Shown: positions 40,681-52,985 of the stretch, piece after piece
Numbering within the stretch: the first letter of the stretch is position 1
Layout: each line of letters opens with the position of its first letter
The notes under the pieces: model-generated
Databases searched by the model: none
What the model was told of the DNA's origin: nothing
What the model saw: only the letters and a program-made list of their open reading frames with translations
Made by a program: the position numbers and the translations under genes
Assembly (NCBI RefSeq): GCF_006345805.1
Contig: NC_043007.1
Location: 63,364,001 to 63,428,000 of the forward strand
Direction of reading: 5' to 3'
Source of the DNA: Octopus sinensis
Taxonomy: Eukaryota
Length of the DNA stretch: 64,000 nt

Positions 40681-42659
40681 AACACACACACACATTAATA
40701 CACATACATACACACACACATTAATACACACACGCATGTATGTATGTATGTATGGATGGATGTATGTATATATGTACATCTGTCCACTTCTTGCCATATT
40801 TTTATCCTTCACTTCCTACACACATGCACGCACAGACACACACACACACACCTTCTTAGCTTACAATTTCTTTCTTTCAACAATTGACAACTGAAGTATG
40901 CTCGCCAATGAATACTACCAAAAGTTAGCAACAGATCTGTTTCCTTTTTTTTTTTTGATTGGTTTAAGCATTAATAAGAGAAAGTAGCAGAATGTGTGAT
41001 GTTGAATAAGAGTTGCAGAAAGAGGATATGATAGTGGTATACACTTGCAAAGAGAAAGTAGGAGAAAGTGTGGTAATAGCAGGAGTAAAGCATTTGAAAT
41101 GAGAGAGGCAAATCGTAAAATATTGAGTTTTCTGGAATTTTTGCTTAATTGGGGGTGAAATTGAAAAAAATGTATATGCCATGACCCAATCGAATCTACT
41201 TCGAAAAATCATAGGTAAATTCCAATTGAAGAAATTCTATATTGTACAATTGTATTAAAAACAAACTATGTCAGAGGTAGAGAAAATCTGTCTTTTATCA
41301 TAAGAGATTATAAAAATAAATTTATATTGTGAAAACAAATACACAAATACAAAGATATTACAATAAAAAGTGAAAACAATTCAGAGTATAATTAAAACTA
41401 GACTACCCGTGACCTGTTGGGTCACCATGGAAGTCTGAGTTTCCCAGCAATGGAGTTTTGTTTTGTGGGTATTCTTTTTCTTTTCCATGTTATTTTGCAT
41501 GCTTTCAATGAATGTGACATTGAAATCACAGCTAAACAGCTTCTTTCCCCAGAAAAGGAAAGATTTGGCTGATATTTCTTGCATGCCCTGCTACCATGTA
41601 ACAGCTATTTTGGGTCCTTTATCACAAATAGCTGTTACATGGTAGTAGGGTGTGCTAGAAATAGTGGCCAAATCTTTGGTGGTGAGATACGTTGAATACA
41701 CTCAAAAGAAACCCATGGAATAAAACTATTTCACACCAAAGTTATGGGTCTTTTACAAAATATTTACCATATTTTTAAAGTCATTTTCACTTTAAAATAT
41801 TTTGCCCATCATAATGTGTCTAATGGAAAGGTTAGAGTTTCTTCCTTTTCAAGGTTAAGTTATTTTCAGAATATTTTCCCATTATGCACCATTTTGGATA
41901 TTTACACTCCAAAGGCCCAAATATCTCAACCACTGGTCCGATTTACATGAAACTTGTTTTATTCCATTTGTATTCACATTTCAGGGGCACTCTACTTTCA
42001 AAGTATTTTCCCATTACGCACCAGTTTAGCTGTGTAACATTGCAAGCAAGCAAGCAAGACTGAACTTCATTTTTAATGTATTATAGATAAAACAAAAATA
42101 AAATCACAAATTTAAATAAAGTTTTTCTTACCAAGTAATATGCTTTAATGTTTTTTACTAAATTATCCCAGTTCTGAATTCTAGCATTAACATCACTGAT
42201 GTTAGTATTAACTTTGCTGTAAACAGTTTGTGGGTCTCTGAAAATGACAAAAGGATGAGAAACATAAATCAAAGATTTTTAAAATTTATTGCTTCAATTA
42301 AATAAATCAACATCATACTAACAGAAATAGAACTTAAACATTTCTGATGAAACAAACAAAATAAAATCTTGGCCACATTTGTAAATAAGTTTTCATATAA
42401 AATCGTATATGATATACATTATATACTGTGCTGTCAGAAATTATATCAAATATGATTATCTCAAATGTATTGAAAAATAACAAGTGAAAAATACAGAAAA
42501 CTATATTTTTATATACTTACTTATTTACATGTAGCAGACTTTGTTTAAAACAATTTTGAAAAACAACAAAAATTTATCTTGGTTCACTAATTGTTTCAAT
42601 TGTACAGAAATTCAAAATTTAACAAATTATGGAGAAATCATCAGAACAATACTAAGGAG

Positions 42660-43990
42660 GGAAAGGTTTTGCAGATACTTTCTAATTTAATAATTCTTTT
42701 ATTATTAGTTTTTTTGTGAAAATTTTGATCCTGAATTTTCTTGGTTAAGCGCAGGTTTAAATTATTTTAATTTCTAGTTCTACTGAATGCCATGTAAAGT
42801 AGTATGTGTAAAAAATGATTGAAGGCTGGTATATGACAACCTGAATAAATGACTGATTTTGTGGTATGGTGATAATCATTGTAGATGCCAGGATACAGGA
42901 AACTACTGTATTTTTAAAGCAAAGGGAAAAAGAATATCACAGGGTGTTAAATGTAGTGTTGAGAGGAATATCTTCTCTTGTTTCTTATAATCAGTCAGTA
43001 TTTGTGCATGAAGGTAGAGATGATGAAGAGATTTTATTAAAATTTATGTTCCATGAAATAGAACGTCTTGAGTCATGATCATATGATATGATAAGCATAC
43101 CATCCTTTAGTTTCAAAACATATAGAGGCATTCTCAATAACACCAATGTATTTAAAAACACAAGTGGATAACTCATAATGATGCTATTAACTTTTCTATA
43201 TGCTGAGATATATTCAGGTAGTAATGCATTGTTCTAAAGTAACTATATTTTTAGGAGTTAACACTATCTCTGATGATATACTTTTAATTAATTCTTTGCT
43301 ATTAAATCTCCAAATATGTTTCTGATAAGACTCCAAATCACCTAATATTAGTTCAGGAAGAGAATTCTGCTAGATCTTCTTACAGTTTACCTTTATTAAT
43401 CAGTGCACCATTTCCAACATAAAGTAGCTGTCTATTCTTCTTGCTCTGTGATCATGTTTTCTGATAAGCTTAAACATTTTTAGATTAGGCCAAAACTGAG
43501 ATGATTTAACACAATTTTCAGTTGCAGCAACATTAAGACCTCTGGTGTTATGGGAAAGTCCCCTAACAACAATTTTGCCATCAAAAGATTTAACAACCCC
43601 TGATATACTTTCAAAAAATGCCAACGACTCACAGAATATTAGCAGATAGCACCAAACCTTCATCTGTGATGAATAGTTCAGTAGCTTCTATTGTTTGCAA
43701 CTCCACAGAAGTAATTTTATGTAGGTGGGGGGATAGTTTTCCAGGTAGCACTATACAATGTTCAGTGATCAATTAACAAATCTGTTGTAATGCCAGTTCA
43801 TGTATAGGAAAGAGCTATTTTTTGTTCAACCCTTCTAACCAACAGTCATTTACATTTTCATTTTGAACCTTGGCATTCTATATTACCAATGAGTAGCCTT
43901 TTACATCTTCACTGACATCCAATTTCCTGGAGATCTTAACAGACTTTACTTCAACTCACAGAATCTGCTTCAATTCTTAAAAATAGTAAG
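42660..43990 (-). pseudogene. Helitron Rep/Hel PIF1-type helicase remnant
   Basis: Frameshifted fragments in correct order: xTGITTDLLID.xTLYSA (motif Ia), LFITDE (Walker B-like), SFDGKIVVRG...ENCVKSSQFWPNLKMFKL (ORF 43400-43663), YPLVFLNTL..RMPLYVLKLKDG (ORF 42991-43176), FPV...I..PQNQS..., MAFSRT. Confidence 0.85.
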
Positions 43991-45589
43991 ATACATCAGA
44001 CACAATTAGATATGAAATTTTTTTTCTGTTTTCCAAAGCTCAGTGTATGTGAGATGTGACTGATATTTCTCATTCCCAATCTTCATTCACTTGGGATCAG
44101 GAATTAAAATCTCTGAATAACAACTCACACAAATTCTACCTTAAATAAACAGTATTCCACTCTATATAACAATGAATACTCTCTTTCACTTACTTGCTAT
44201 ATAATGGGGAGTAGTGTCTAATGAGTGCATGATTATATATTATATACACATACCACAATAGGAAAATCAAATTCTTGAAAAATTAAAAATACTTGAATTA
44301 TAAGATAAAGATCCAAATAGAAAACATAATTATTAATATGATGAGTGAAAGGAAAAAAGTGATATGGGAAGAAAAGAAAACAAATCCAGCATAGAAGCAG
44401 AACTTGATACCAGGTCTACAGCTTAGCTGCTGACATATATGGCACTGTAAGGTAGATCTAGCTCCTTTAGTGATGCGTTTAAAACCATGTAAACTTCTCA
44501 CATAACATTTTCCTAAACATTCTAACACTTGAAAGGTAACAGTAATTCCTTTCTTGTCTAAGATTTCAAAATCAGACATTTACAATAACATCTGACATAG
44601 GCAAACCTTTTAAGAAACATAATGTAGCATTTAAAAATTTTTTATAACATCAACCACTGAAATAAATAGTATTTCAAAAAGTAAATCAAAGTGATAAAAT
44701 ACCACACACACACAAAAGAAAAAAGAAAAATTAAAAAATGAAGCAACTGAAAACTCAAGCAATTAAAAAAAAATTATTTCAATAGATCACAATACTGTTT
44801 TAAAAATAATCAATTTGTTTTTAGCAAGAAACTTCTGAAGAATATTTTAATTGTAGATGAAAGAACTGCATCAGTTGATTTTAATTATTATTGTGAACTT
44901 GTACTTTAAAAGTTTTATTCTAAAATACAATTAAAATGTAGTTTGGATGCTCAAGACTACACCATTTTAATTTTCTCGCTAAGAATATGAGGATGGTTGT
45001 GTGGTGAGGAATATTACATTGCAAATTTACAGTTCAATTCTACTGCATGCTGCTTTGTGCAAATGTCTTAACAGCCACTGGGTGACCAGTATCTTTGGAA
45101 ATTTTATAAGCAGAAACTGAGCAAATATCCCAAGTGTGTGTGTGTGTGGGCATGTATCTTTGTGTTTGTCTCACTGTTTGACAACTGATGTTAGTTTATA
45201 CCTCTGTAACTTAATTTGGCAAAAATGTTTGACAAAGCAAGCATCAAACACAAAAATACTGGGGTTCAATTTGATTAAATCTGTCAAAGCAGAGTCTCAA
45301 CATAATCTCAGTCCAATGACTGAAACCAGTAAAAGAGTAAAGTGTGCATGCGTGTGTATTTGCATACATGCATGCGTGAATCTCACTAATGTATATTATT
45401 GAAGAATGTAAATGTTGGTGAAAAAATTAAGAATGTATTTTTCAAATAAAATACATTGTGCTATTTGTTCTCCACTGAGTTAATGACACTCACTGAACAC
45501 TCTCTGCCAGGAAAGCAGCGAGTTATTGGCCCATTGTAAACCTGTAACTATTATTGCTATTCTTTTATTCTTTTTAGTTGAACAAATAT

Positions 45590-45724
45590 ATCCTAAGACT
45601 TATTCTTTGTAAGCTTAGTACTTATTCTATTAGTCTCTATTGTTGAACCACTAAGTTACGGGGGGACATAAACACACCAACATTGGTTGTCAAGTGATGG
45701 TGGGGGACAAACACAGACACACAA

Positions 45725-45777
<53 letters not shown>

Positions 45778-45935
45778 CATACACAATGGGCTTCTTTCAG
45801 TTTCCATCTACTAAATCCACTCATAAGGCTTTGGTTAGTCCAAGGCGATGGTAGAAGATACTTGCCCAAGGTGCCATGCAGTGGGACTGAACCCAGAACC
45901 ATGTGCTTGGGAAGCAAGCTTCTTACCACACAGCC
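45590..45935 (-). mobile_element. SINE family B, long form
   Basis: Same body and head as 29165-29580, with central (TA)n. Confidence 0.85.
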
Positions 45936-46220
45936 TATTGTCCACTAATTACAATTTAAAACAAAATTAAGGCATGCACCCACAACAAATAGAAATGCAA
46001 TTCATGATACTCGTGTATTCAGAAAAATGTTTACTAAAGAAACAGTTATGGAGTTTCCATTAGCAAATAACAGCCATGGTTAAGGCATCACATAGCCTTT
46101 TAATTTCTAAATTCCAAACATAGCATTCCATTGAGACAAAACTTATCACTACTTGCTACTCATATTTTTCAATTTTGTAAATGGGCTTGTGAGAGAGGAG
46201 AGCAGCACATCCATCCAACT

Positions 46221-46623
46221 CAGGGGTTAACAAACTTTGTTCATGGCAGACCAGATAGCTGAGAGAATGACAAGCACGGGCCACATGGCCATTTTGTTCA
46301 ATACAATACAGTGAATACACAAAAAATAAAGACAACCAACATATGGTGTTTAGCTTTTAAGATATCAATGTTTGCTTTGGAATTGCTGCATCCAACCAAG
46401 AGAATGTTCATCTGTCAACCTCATTCGATATGCTAACTTCACATACTTTATTTTTGAAAATGTTCGCTCTCAGACACAAGTTGTTCCAAACACTGATGCC
46501 ATACCAGAGGTAATGAACTCTTATTGGAGGTACTTGTACAAAAAGTATAGAGTAGTGGCAGGCTGGATGAACTGACCTCACAGGCTGGATCTAGCCTGCG
46601 GGCCATAGTTTAGTGACCCCCTG
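46221..46623 (+). mobile_element. Internally deleted hAT (Charlie-like) DNA transposon
   Basis: TIRs caggggt / accccctg; 8-bp TSD atccaact / atctaact; interior SQTQVVPNTDAI resembles the Charlie-type transposase C-terminus. Confidence 0.8.
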
Positions 46624-47651
46624 ATCTAACTGATGAGCATTCTTATCAGTTACAGTTTGATTAGAACTCAAAAGACAGTAATAGTTCCTGATGATGTAGT
46701 AAGATAAATGCTACAATATGATACAATCATATATTAGTACAATATTGCCTCACATAAGTTTGTCAAAATTAATTAGCTGTAATAATGAATGAACAGCTGA
46801 ATACCTATTGCAAAAAGGTACAGTTTTGCATCAGTGTTAGCTATTACACAATTCCAACTAAAATTTTTAGACTGGTAGAATTTTGGAAAAATATAATTTT
46901 CAAACCAACCGCAAAATAATACGTTCAGTTGAGTTACAGGTTTTTTTGAGTGCTTTCAGACAAATAATCTGAAATTTATCCCTTGTCTATGAATGAAAGA
47001 AAAGGATAAAGCATTCTCAAGAAATAGTTAAACTGATGCCCCAACCCCACCCACACACTAATGATTATAATAAATCTTAATTTATCTTGACCCATCATAT
47101 CAAACATACTCTTCTCCATAATTTTTTTCTCTTTGCATCTTTTCAAAGTATTAAAATTTAGTATTATTTCATTATTTGAAAAATCTTCATGATCAACAGC
47201 AAAAATCAAAACAATGTCACATATTCATTGTTAAAATACATTTTGGCAGATTGGAACGTGAATATGTTAATTGCTATTGCATTTTGTCATTGCAGAACAT
47301 CACCTTTTAGACAAATGTATGTCCATAACATAATTCATTTGGATATGGGGACTTTAAGACACCTGTGATTCAATCTTGTTGTATGTCTCCTCAACCAAAG
47401 CTACCCCCAGATCAATGAGTCTTACAGGAGATACTTTGACTCTTATTTATAGGATTCAGTGAAAAAAATATTTGCTAATGTCTGCCAATGGATAATAAAT
47501 CATTATGTGCATGGTAAAAAGTGAAAATAAAAATGATAACATACATATTCATTTCTAATATACTCCATCAGATTTAAATGTGATATGCTAATCACTGTTG
47601 CATTAACTCTTCTCCAAAAACTCAAATTTATTGGTAGCTTTGGCTGAGGGG

Positions 47652-48100
47652 ACACAACAAGGACAAAACAGTGATTCCCAAAGCCCCACTATCCAATAAA
47701 TTGAATGTGCTATGAACACACATTCAACTGAAAGGAGAAATTGTTTTCCAACGACAAAATACAACAGTAATTAGTTAATCACATTTAAATCTAACCAGAA
47801 TATCTTAAAAATGAATATATCATCATTCTGATTCTCACTGTTTACCATCCACATGGCTATTATTGGTTGGCAAATATACATCAGCAACAATTTGTTTACT
47901 GAATCCTATAAACAAGAGCCCAAAATTCTTGTTAGATTCATTAGTCTGAGATAGTTTTGGTTGAAGAAACACAACAAAGTTGAAACATCAGTTTTCCAAA
48001 GTCCCCTTACTCTAATAACTCAAGTGTTATGAACACATATTCACCTGAAAGGAGAAATTATTGTCCAATGATGAAATACAACAGCGATTAGTATATTCAA
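47652..48100. repeat. Diverged direct repeat, about 130-bp unit, period about 317 bp
   Basis: acacaacaa...tatgaacaca.attca.ctgaaaggagaaatt...aaatacaacag..attagt at about 47652 and 47969. Confidence 0.8.
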
Positions 48101-51100
48101 GTTCAAGTTTGCTGGAGCATATTAAGAATGAATGTGTATGTCATCATTTATTATTTGAGTTTTAACAAATGTAGGCCCTTTTGCTCCCAATTTATTGTAG
48201 CTTTCATTGACAGTTTTTAATTCTTTTTTGCTGACTTATAAAAAAAAAAAGAAAGAAAAAATGCATCTTGGCAATGATTGTAATTTTTACTATAGAGAGA
48301 AATATTTTTACACTTTCAAGGTAATTTTATTCTACTTTTCAATGAAATCTATTCTCAGTCAAATTAAACTTTCCTACAATTTTCAAAACCCTTCTCATTT
48401 TTTTCAAAAGCTAATTTTAGGTTATATAGCAACTCCATCACAAGACAACATTGTAGCATATGGAAAATTCACAAGACTGAATCATTGTCAGTCTTAGTCA
48501 TAGATGATAAGTCATTCATCATTTTCATCAATATTTCATTTTTCAACAAAGATAGGTATAACAGAGATAGAAGTTGAAAAGACCAGAATCAGTGAACAAA
48601 GGCAGGTTTAAATTAAGTATTCACACCATTTTCAAAAGTTTTAGTGTATGTTATCTTAGCAGTTATAAAACTATAAAGTATCCAGATTAATAGGCCATTT
48701 GCCAGGGTGTATGTGTGTCTACCTTGGCACCTCATCACTGCTATTTTACCTCGTTTTCCAGTTCCACCCCTATTACTCCCACCCTACTCTTCAGTAGTGT
48801 GAATAGCCATGTAGCAAAAGAAGTGCTCTCTTTCTTTCTTCCATACTTTAACCACTCAGCTCTGAGCATAAAGCCAGCTCTCTTTCTACTGTAGCACCAC
48901 TCAGTCAAAGAGGCTCTTTTATCTGTATAACCTTACTAGTGCTGGTGGAAAAAATCCAGTACATATCATTAAGTGACTGGCACTATCCAGCCGTAGAAAC
49001 CATGTCAAAGCAGACACTAGGGAATGATGCAATCCTCAGACCCATCAGATCCTGTCAACCCATCCAACCCATGCCAGCATAAATTAACATTCAACAAATG
49101 ATGAACTCTAAAAAGATGAAGCCATGAAACTCAGAAATCAAGTGTTACAACTATTTTAATCTGTCTTGATCTGGTCAAGAATAGTTTAATTGATAATGAA
49201 AATTTCATTTATGGAAATTGAAAGTAATTGATTTTTAAATGACTTTTCACCATTAAAAAAATATTACTTTAATTTTCAGAGATGCATTTTATAATGAAGC
49301 ACAATACTGAAGATTTTATTAATACATAACCACACATACCACAAAATAAAAGGTACATAAGCTGATATACAAAAGTGCAACATATATACACACTTCTATT
49401 ACATGCAGCAGATTTATAAATGAAAATATATAATATATAAGAATCAAGAATTAAAAATTGCTTTACAGATTATTCAATCATACAAAATATTTTCCTTGTA
49501 CTATAAATCTCAAACTATTAAGATAAATATTCACCAGTTAGGCAATTTAAAGTAATAGCATTTGAAATTTCTCAGGAATGCCTTCTGCATAAAGAATATA
49601 TAGTTAGATGTCAATATATTGAGTCAAAAAGGATTTTTAATTAATTGAAATTATACCCATAATGAGAAGAGCAATCATTAGCATTAATGATAGTTCTTGT
49701 CAGGAAAGGCACGGAAGTTCTTTTCCTTGGCTTCCTTGGAAAAAATTGTCATTAATGCTAATGAATTTTTTATGGCAGTAATTTCAATAGATTAAGTTAT
49801 TAGTCTACACTCAAATATAATATTCTTGTTCTTTATGGAAGTCAAACTAAAATAAACTGATTGTCTATTATATTTTAAGGTCTACACAGTTTTATTCCTA
49901 GACATTATTTCAACTGCATATAGTATACTCAAACATGGCTTAAGCCTTATATTTTTACAAAAACTAAAAGGGAAAGTTTTGCTTTTACCATAGACATTAG
50001 CAATGTGAATGAAGTGAAACAGCTTTAACTAAAAATCCAAAATGAGTCAGACTTAGCTTGCTAGGAGAACAACAATAATAAAAAAAAAGGAGTGGTAAAG
50101 GACTACTATATTTGCAGATTAGCAGCAGCAGCAATAGCAGTAGCAGTTTCACATCACTGCTTACTTGATACATAATAATCATCTGTAGCAACAACAACAG
50201 CTTTCTGAATGTTATCTCCATTATATCACAGTCATGGACGATAATATCTCTTCACAACTTATGAGAATGTTATTTTCCTAAATAAAGATCTGAGATCATA
50301 CTAAACCAAATGGAAAAATGATCAGAGGTCTTTATACTCTATTACATAGTCTGTGATAGACTAGAAAACTTTACAAGAGCAGTCCAATGATTTTTATTTG
50401 GCTTGTTACCTGACCCACACCCCTTAATATCTGAAAATCTATTCTACATAGTTAAGAGATGAAAAAGAGCTATTTTTGTTCCTTTATATATATTCTTTTC
50501 TTTTACTTGTGTCAGTCATTTGACTGCGGCAATGCTGGAGCCCTGCCTTTAGTTGAACAAATTGACTCCAGGACTTATTGTTTGTAAGCCTAGTACTTAT
50601 TCTATCAGTTTCTATTGCCGAACTGCTAAGTTACAGGGATGTAAACACACCACCATTATAAAAAATTATTTAGAATACCCAGAAATGTGCTTTATTATTC
50701 AAAATTTCAAATGCCCATAACCCACATCAGATGATTTTACTTAAGATTTAAATAGAGTATGGATTATTTTCTTAAACCAGCATTGGAATGTTACAAAATG
50801 AGTTGTTTTCAAGACACAAGGACAACTGTATTTGAAGGGGATAAAGTTGATATAATCAGTCTTTGGAAGTTATCTTATTGACCCACACACCTCCAGTGGA
50901 TAAAAGACACTTCCAGCTCCAGTGGAATTTGAACTATGAATAATGAGAAACTAAATTCAATAAAAGAAATGTGGTCATCTTCACTACTCTTACATTGTGA
51001 TAGTAAAATGAAATTCATGCCAACTATGAATACACTTCTAAGTATTGTTGTAATATTTCCTATAAATGAACAAAAGCATATTTTTGCTTTGTTACTGTCC

Positions 51101-52609
51101 TTGAGAAAAGGATGGCATTCAATTTTTCTTTTCTGAAATCCATATCTGTGTGGTTTTGCAAGAAATAATTTCCCTTTTAACTATTAAGATTTTATGAGAA
51201 GGTAAAGAATTTCCTTAGAGTCAATAAAAACTTCTATTTTTCATAAATAAAGTTAATTTTAAGTATACTAAATCACTGTGAAATAACAAACTTCAAAACA
51301 GTTCCCCCACCCCAAGAAATACACTAAAATAACTATGCAAATGGTTGTGAATAAAATAAAGACAATACATTTGAATGACAGTATATTATTTTTATATATT
51401 ATAGATGTATACACTGAATAATTCTTATTACTAACGTATATTTAGTACATTTGAAATATACAACAATAATAGGATGAAATTTCTATGACCCCTTGTACAC
51501 ATCTAACAAATACATATTTACTGTTAGTTGACCAAACACTACTTACTAGTAACTGGCAAATCCAGTTTCTCACAAGTTATATGAATAAAATAATGTAACT
51601 TGAGTTATGAATATTTATTATATTGATCTTGATTTAAGGAAATTAAAACAAAAGTTTGCCTTAATTGGTTTATGGTTTTTCTTGCACACTTTTAATGTTA
51701 GTATTAAAAGAATAACAGTTTCCAGTGTCTAGCCAGACAAAGGGCTTTCTGAGCTCTGTATAATTCATTTAAAAAGAAAATATCTTCCTTCAATAATGAT
51801 TACTTTTACTGTGAATTGACAGATCAAAAAAAAGAAAAAAGAAAAAATGCATCCAAACATCCAAAAAATGGATTTGAAAGAAAATAGAGATAAAATGGGA
51901 ACATGAAAAATAAAAGATTTCATTTGTTCCAATAGCAGAGTTCAGGTTTTCCACTAGTAGACAACCTTTTTAACAGATCATGTTTTATCTACTCTGAAAC
52001 ACTAGTATTTCAATATTTACTTCATCAGAACGAAATTTCAAAGTTGTTTCCTCTTTCAATCTATATAATTTAATTCCCTTAAATCGGTATATTTCTGTAG
52101 ATGTACTTGACAATTATACTTCATATAATTTCTAAACTTAAATCTATGCTATTTTCATAACAAAACTCCTGGTGTTTTTCTTTTCTTTTCATTATAAGCA
52201 AAAAGCAAAGTGTTTGTAAATCTCAATCACTGAAGAATGATACAGTTTTCTCAAGATTTTATTCTTTTACATATACTGTTATATAAACTGATACTTTTTA
52301 TATATCAATCATCCAAACAAAATTTTGTTTAAAGAGAAAATATTTTTTATATTAATAACATCTGGAATTCTTTTGAATGGATCAGACACTATGATTAAAT
52401 ATTTTCAATACATCAACTAAATCACAAAAATAATTATATAAATTATAACTCAAATTTTTGGTTTTTAACCAAGATAATCTATGAGGTATGGACACAATTT
52501 TCCAGTCAATGTGCCAATTTCTTTTCATGCATGAGTTCAGATGCACATCACAGATCTTGTACCCAATTCAAGACTTGTATAAAATGTTAATATAGATATA
52601 TTTAGATTT

Positions 52610-52985
52610 TTACATGTGAGATTAAGAAGTTCACTTCCCAACCACAGTTCAGTCCCACTGTGGCACCTTGAGCAAGTGTTTTCTACTACACCGCCACATT
52701 GATCAAAAACTTGTAAGTAGGTTTGATAGATGGAAATTGAAAGCCCATCATATGTATATATAAAATGTCACCAGCATACAAGAGTATCATTCATTTATAA
52801 TCTTCTGTGAAAGCATGTCCAGCTATTCTGCTGTTTCTATGTTCAAAGGACTAGAGGAAATATTACCTTACTCAGAAATAGGTGTGAGTTGGTTATAAGA
52901 AAGGTGCCCAGCTGCAGAAAAATCTGGCTCAACAAATTTTGTCTAATCCATGTAAGCATGGAAAAGTGGACTTTAAATCATTAAT
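52610..52985 (+). mobile_element. SINE family B with 3' extension
   Basis: cagttcagtcccactgtggcaccttgagcaagtgttttctacta...gaaagcccatc; the 3' part resembles 500-620. Confidence 0.7.

Noticed and set aside
44298-44579. 93-aa minus-strand ORF MSDFEILDKKGITVTFQVLEC...
   Set aside because: No recognisable domain, low-complexity hydrophobic tail from AT-rich DNA, and only a weak gtatca donor.
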